A DNA stretch of 64,000 nucleotides from an uncultured virus (IMG/VR IMGVR_UViG_3300043410_000754). Its lineage: Duplodnaviria > Heunggongvirae > Uroviricota > Caudoviricetes. Made by a program: the position numbers and the translations under genes. Below the pieces are notes generated by a model. It made no database searches and was not told the origin of the DNA. It saw only the letters and a list, made by a program, of their open reading frames with translations. The stretch lies in the IMG/VR virus record IMGVR_UViG_3300043410_000754; one strand, 5' to 3'. How positions within the stretch are numbered: position 1 is the first letter of the stretch; each line of letters begins with the position of its first letter. Positions 59,684 through 64,000 of this stretch are shown one piece after another.

Positions 59684-60571
59684 ATGGCTTACCCCACGGT
59701 CTCGGCCCCCTACGGCCTAAAGCCTGTGAACTTGATTGGTGGTCAGGTGTTTGCGGGTTCTACCCGTAACATTCCTATCCAGTACGGATACGCTACCAAC
59801 ATTTTCTACGGCGATTTCGTCGCGATTACTCGCGGTTTCGCAACCCGTCTGGCAGTCACTGATGGCGGCACCGCTGCTACCGGCGCTCCCGGCTACGGTC
59901 AAGTTGGTATCTTCTTGGGCTGTTCCTACACGGACCCCGCCACCAAGCAAAAGCGTTACGCCCAATACTGGCCCGCTTCGACCTTGGCTGGTGACGCCGT
60001 CGCTATCGTGACGGACGATCCTGATACCATTTTCAAGTGCGCTGTTGTGACGACCCAAGGTGGTACCACCATCGGTTCCGCCGCTCGCGCAATGGTCGGT
60101 CTGAACATGACCGTTTCCAACTTGGCTGGTAGCCCCAACACGGGTAACTCTTCCAATGGTATCCTGGCTAGCTCCGCCGCTACTACCGCCGCTCTGCCGG
60201 TGCGTGTGATCGACGTTGTGCCTGAGACCGCTGTGGCTCTGGGTACGGCAACTTGGTCGAGTGGTACCACCACCCTGACCACCTCTGCTCTGCCGCAGGC
60301 TCTGCCGGTTGGTACGGACGTTGGTTTCGTTGCTGCTAACGGCCAGTTTGTCTCCACGGGCAACTGGGTGTCTACCGCCGCTGCCGCTGGCGCTACTTCG
60401 GTGGTGCTGAACGCTCAGTACGGTGTGATGAACGCTGGTGGTGTTGCTGCTACGGCTACCGCCATTCCGGCTAGCTCCACTCTGGTGTTTACGCAGTACA
60501 CCGAGGTGTTGGTGAAGATCAACTTCGCTAACCACTCGTATTACACTGCGCTGGGCACTCAAACCGCTTAA
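59684..60571 (+). CDS. Probable capsid decoration / minor head protein
   Basis: APYGLKPV, IFYGD; Ala/Thr/Gly-rich; directly before the MCP. Confidence 0.6.
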   Translation: MAYPTVSAPYGLKPVNLIGGQVFAGSTRNIPIQYGYATNIFYGDFVAITRGFATRLAVTDGGTAATGAPGYGQVGIFLGCSYTDPATKQKRYAQYWPASTLAGDAVAIVTDDPDTIFKCAVVTTQGGTTIGSAARAMVGLNMTVSNLAGSPNTGNSSNGILASSAATTAALPVRVIDVVPETAVALGTATWSSGTTTLTTSALPQALPVGTDVGFVAANGQFVSTGNWVSTAAAAGATSVVLNAQYGVMNAGGVAATATAIPASSTLVFTQYTEVLVKINFANHSYYTALGTQTA

Positions 60572-60584
60572 GGAGTAATACAAA

Positions 60585-61496
60585 ATGGCAATTTCACGCG
60601 CACAACTACTCAAAGAACTCCTGCCCGGTCTTAATGCACTGTTTGGCCTTGAGTACGCCCGTTACGGCGAGGAGCACAAGGAAATCTACGAAACCGAGAC
60701 CTCGGAGCGTAGCTTTGAAGAGGAAACCAAGCTGTCTGGCTTCTCCGCCGCTCCGGTGAAGAACGAAGGCTCTGCGATTGCTTATGACAACGCGCAGGAA
60801 GCGTGGACGACTCGCTACAACCACGAGACCATCGCCCTGGGTTTCTCGATCACTGAAGAAGCGATCGAAGATAACCTGTACGACAGCTTGTCTGCTCGCT
60901 ACACCAAGGGTCTGGCCCGTGCCATGGCATACACCAAGCAGGTGAAAGCCGCTTCTGTCCTGAACAACGGCTTCAGCTCTGCCTTCACCGGCGGCGACGG
61001 CGTTGCTCTGTTCAGTGCAGCCCACCCCCTGGTGAGCGGCGGTACCAACGCTAACACCCCCACAACCCAAGCCGACCTGAACGAGACTTCCCTGGAAGCC
61101 GCCGTTATTCAGATCGCCGGTTGGACGGATGAACGTGGTCTGCTGATCGCTGCCAAGCCCAAGAAGCTGGTAATCCCGCCTGCTCTGCAATTCGTTGCTA
61201 CTCGTCTGCTGGAAACCGAACTCCGTGTCGGTACCAACAACAACGACATCAACGCGATCAAGAGCAATGGTGCGATCCCCGATGGTTACACCATCAACCA
61301 CTTCTTGACCGACAACAACGCATGGTTCCTGACGACTGACGTTCCCAACGGTCTGAAGCACTTCGTTCGTACCCCGCTGCAAAACAGCATGGACGGCGAC
61401 TTCGACACCGGTAACGTCCGTTACAAGGCCCGTGAGCGTTACAGCTTCGGCTGGTCGGACCCTCTGGGTGTGTTCGGGTCTTCGGGCTCGTTCTGA
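60585..61496 (+). CDS. Major capsid protein (Mu gpT-like HK97 fold)
   Basis: GGDGVALFSAAHP, PKKLVIPPAL, AWFL, RYSFGWSDP; followed by a terminator. Confidence 0.9.
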   Translation: MAISRAQLLKELLPGLNALFGLEYARYGEEHKEIYETETSERSFEEETKLSGFSAAPVKNEGSAIAYDNAQEAWTTRYNHETIALGFSITEEAIEDNLYDSLSARYTKGLARAMAYTKQVKAASVLNNGFSSAFTGGDGVALFSAAHPLVSGGTNANTPTTQADLNETSLEAAVIQIAGWTDERGLLIAAKPKKLVIPPALQFVATRLLETELRVGTNNNDINAIKSNGAIPDGYTINHFLTDNNAWFLTTDVPNGLKHFVRTPLQNSMDGDFDTGNVRYKARERYSFGWSDPLGVFGSSGSF

Positions 61497-61497
61497 T

Positions 61498-61522
61498 AAA
61501 AGGGGGCTTCGGCCCCCTTTTT
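61498..61522 (+). terminator. Rho-independent terminator
   Basis: AAAAGGGGGC-TTCG-GCCCCCTTTTT. Confidence 0.9.
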
Positions 61523-61524
61523 AG

Positions 61525-61552
61525 TTGACACGCCATTCTTTTGGTGTATATT
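61525..61552 (+). promoter_or_regulatory. Sigma70-type promoter
   Basis: TTGACA-16-TATATT. Confidence 0.6.
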
Positions 61553-61641
61553 GGCGGCATCTGGGTGATCCGCCTTGCCGCCACTGCCCCAGCAGACGAT
61601 GCAACGATTGGCAAGGTACTTTTGCATAAGGAATCTTTGCT

Positions 61642-62325
61642 ATGGCACGCGCAACATTCGACGGTCCGGTCCTCGTTGGTGACAACCGTTTTGGCCCCCT
61701 CCGTAACGTCGGCACCGCCGAACTCGTTCAGGGCATTACCCTCAACTTTGGCAACGTGACCCCCGCTACGGCTGGGTACGGCGGCGGCTCCGGCATTTTT
61801 GCCGGCAGCAACAACATCCTGAACACCCCGGCGCAGGTCTATACCCCTGGCTCCAACCCCCCCACCGCGCAGACGATCACCGCTGACGTGGTCAACGCTT
61901 CCTCGTTGTATCGTGGCGCTGTGTTCTATGTGCCGGTTGGCGCTGATCTGCATGACCTGCTGATCGACGTGCAGGCAGTCCCCACGTTTGGTTCCGGTTC
62001 GTTCGGTAACCTCCAGTTCTTCTGCTCCAACAAGTTTGACGGCGCGGCTGGCAGTTACTTCCAAACTGGCGCTACGGGCGGTATTGGTCGTACGGCGCTA
62101 TCCACGTTTACCGCCGCACAGATGGCTGCGCAGCAATCTACGTCCGCCGATATTCTGCAGGGTAGCGGCCAGCCGAACGTTTCTCAGGTTGTCGTGACTT
62201 GCGTTATCAACGGCACGACCATGAACTCGCTCAACGGCGGCATCATCAACATCACGCTGCGCTACGGTGTGCCCGATAACAACATCGGCAACGCCACCAC
62301 GTACCCCTACGGTAACCTGGACTGA
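61642..62325 (+). CDS. Virion structural protein
   Basis: MARATFDGPV N-terminus, beta-rich. Confidence 0.6.
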   Translation: MARATFDGPVLVGDNRFGPLRNVGTAELVQGITLNFGNVTPATAGYGGGSGIFAGSNNILNTPAQVYTPGSNPPTAQTITADVVNASSLYRGAVFYVPVGADLHDLLIDVQAVPTFGSGSFGNLQFFCSNKFDGAAGSYFQTGATGGIGRTALSTFTAAQMAAQQSTSADILQGSGQPNVSQVVVTCVINGTTMNSLNGGIINITLRYGVPDNNIGNATTYPYGNLD

Positions 62326-62332
62326 TGGTTGA

Positions 62333-62357
62333 CGGGGGCTCCGGCCCCCGCCTTTTT
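62333..62357 (+). terminator. Rho-independent terminator
   Basis: CGGGGGC-TCCG-GCCCCCG followed by a T-run. Confidence 0.65.
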
Positions 62358-62368
62358 GGAGTACGAGC

Positions 62369-62659
62369 ATGATGCAGACTGATGTAAGCAGCAGCCACCT
62401 GAGCACCAGCGGCACGATGTATAACGGCCCGACTCGTTTGCGCGGGCTGATTATTTGCCCCGCTGTGAGCACAGCCGCTACGATTCGTTTCCGTGACGGT
62501 AGCGCCACCGGGAGCATCCTTTTGGAAATCGACGTGGTTGCCAACACGAACCCCAATACCTACACCTTCGATATTCCGGGGGAAGGCATCCGTTTCCCTA
62601 CGTCGTTGTATATGACAACGAGCGCGGCAGTCACGGGTGTTACGGTGTTCTATGGCTAA
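62369..62659 (+). CDS. Small structural protein
   Basis: IPGEGIRF..VTVFYG. Confidence 0.6.
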   Translation: MMQTDVSSSHLSTSGTMYNGPTRLRGLIICPAVSTAATIRFRDGSATGSILLEIDVVANTNPNTYTFDIPGEGIRFPTSLYMTTSAAVTGVTVFYG

Positions 62660-62897
62660 GTCGCCCGCATGGCAGCGCAAGGAAGGCAAGAACCCCAATG
62701 GCGGACTCAACGCCAAGGGGCGAGCCTCTGCGAAAAAGCAGGGGATGGACCTCAAGCCTCCGCAGCCCGAGGGCGGCAAACGCCGCGACTCTTTTTGCGC
62801 CCGTATGGAGGGCATGAAGAAGAAGTTGACCGGCGAGAAGGCCAAGAAGGACCCGAACTCCAGAATCAATAAAAGCCTGAAGGCGTGGAATTGCTGA
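62652..62897 (+). CDS. Basic protein
   Basis: GGLNAKGRAS..RRDSFCARM..WNC. Confidence 0.7.
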   Translation: MAKSPAWQRKEGKNPNGGLNAKGRASAKKQGMDLKPPQPEGGKRRDSFCARMEGMKKKLTGEKAKKDPNSRINKSLKAWNC

Positions 62898-62898
62898 G

Positions 62899-63153
62899 AT
62901 GGACCCGGTACATATCCTGTGGAGTAGCGTGCTGTCGTTCCTGACCGCGATCGTTATGTGGACGCTGAAAGAGAAGTCGGCGGACATCAAGCGATTGGAA
63001 GTGTTGTTGAGCAAGACTCGTGAAGAACACGCACGTGACTACGTGACCAAGGCTGATGTCCATAGCGATATCAACCGTGTGCTGTCTCGATTGGACCGCT
63101 TGGAGGGCAAGCTCGACGAGTTCATGAAGGAGCAGAGAAGTGCCCTCGGCTAA
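62899..63153 (+). CDS. Small membrane coiled-coil protein
   Basis: N-terminal TM helix, YVTK, heptads. Confidence 0.65.
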   Translation: MDPVHILWSSVLSFLTAIVMWTLKEKSADIKRLEVLLSKTREEHARDYVTKADVHSDINRVLSRLDRLEGKLDEFMKEQRSALG

Positions 63154-63541
63154 TAAGCGTCAACACAATCTGATGGCGATGGTCGCTAACGACCCCGCTG
63201 CAGCAAAGCGGACCGGCATCCCCCAGTCCGTGGGTAAGGAGTTCGTGCAAGCGGACAAAGGACTGAAGTTGAAAGGGAGCGCCGAACAGCGCCCTGATCG
63301 GCAAGTGGTTAACCGTTCCGAAACCAGCCACGGCAAGTCCGGGCTATTCAAACAAGGAGGCCTTATGGCTACGAAGAAAATGGCATCTGGTGGTAGCGTT
63401 GACGCTGGTAACAGCACGAAGATGCAAAAAGTTAAAACGGCTGCTCCCAGCCGCGATGGTGTTGCTTCCAAGGGCAAGACCAAAGGTAAGCAAGTTTCCA
63501 TGCCCGGTAACAAAGGCATGAAAAAAGGCGGCAAGTGCTGA
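63140..63541 (+). CDS. Basic protein with xKxGG motifs
   Basis: Lys-rich; FKQGG, MASGG, MKKGG. Confidence 0.6.
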   Translation: MPSANKRQHNLMAMVANDPAAAKRTGIPQSVGKEFVQADKGLKLKGSAEQRPDRQVVNRSETSHGKSGLFKQGGLMATKKMASGGSVDAGNSTKMQKVKTAAPSRDGVASKGKTKGKQVSMPGNKGMKKGGKC

Positions 63542-63555
63542 TTTAGGAGATCACG

Positions 63556-64000
63556 ATGCCTGAAATGGACCCCTTAGAAGAAGCGAATGCGAGCGAAGAC
63601 CCGATTGCGGCTTTGAACAAGCGCAAAGGGTGGACCGGCACGGACGAAGAGCCCGCTGCCCCCGCTGTGTCTAAACCCAGCTTCAAAGAGGCGTTCGCTT
63701 CTGCGCGTCGTGCTGGCGACAAAACCTTTGAGTGGAACGGCAAGAAGTTCACGACCGAGCTGGCAACCGAAAAGAAGCCCGCGCCGAGAGCTGAACCCAA
63801 AGCTGAGGCGGAAAAGCAAGCTCCCAAAGCTCCCCTGCGGCAGGAGACCATGCAGGAACGAGCTGAGAGCTATGTTGCCAAACGCGCTGCGCAACGGGCA
63901 GCGGACGCCGCTGCAAAGAGTGCCGCTGCCGCAAATAAGCCCGCTGTGGCTATCCCCAGCCGTGGCCGCATCGACACGTCTCGGGTCAATCCGAACACGC
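63556..64000 (+). CDS. Hypothetical protein, truncated by the window end
   Basis: AGGAG RBS; SFKEAFASARRAGDKTFEWNGKKFTT; open to the end. Confidence 0.65.
   Translation, partial: MPEMDPLEEANASEDPIAALNKRKGWTGTDEEPAAPAVSKPSFKEAFASARRAGDKTFEWNGKKFTTELATEKKPAPRAEPKAEAEKQAPKAPLRQETMQERAESYVAKRAAQRAADAAAKSAAAANKPAVAIPSRGRIDTSRVNPNT

Noticed and set aside
1..64000. tRNA genes, alternative genetic code, introns or inteins
   Set aside because: No cloverleaf noticed by eye; core genes are intact in the standard code and of ordinary length

Overview
The window is most of a tailed dsDNA phage genome (podovirus-like gene order, apparently circularly permuted, about 58% GC by eye). No integrase, tRNA, rRNA or CRISPR array was seen. 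Plus strand 1-24015: head-tail joining, tail/fibre, lysis (holin + M15 endolysin), nozzle and three internal/ejection-type proteins. Minus strand 24114-52161: replication module (primase-helicase, SSB-like, SNF2 helicase, PD-(D/E)XK nuclease, family A polymerase, VRR-NUC), then a long early region of small genes plus a MoxR-type AAA ATPase and a metallopeptidase-vWA partner. An AT-rich repeat-laden non-coding block lies at 50480-51200. Plus strand 52586-64000: terminase, portal, GroES-like, scaffold, major capsid and further structural genes. Most striking: (1) a 13-bp palindrome CTAACA(T/A)TGTTAG in about 23 copies confined to 34.2-52.3 kb, often supplying both the stop codon of one gene and the start codon of the next; (2) about 15 small early proteins sharing a C-terminal strand-helix motif; (3) one of them carries a 24-residue copy of the phage's own major capsid N-terminus. 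Product calls come from motif recognition and gene order, not database searches.
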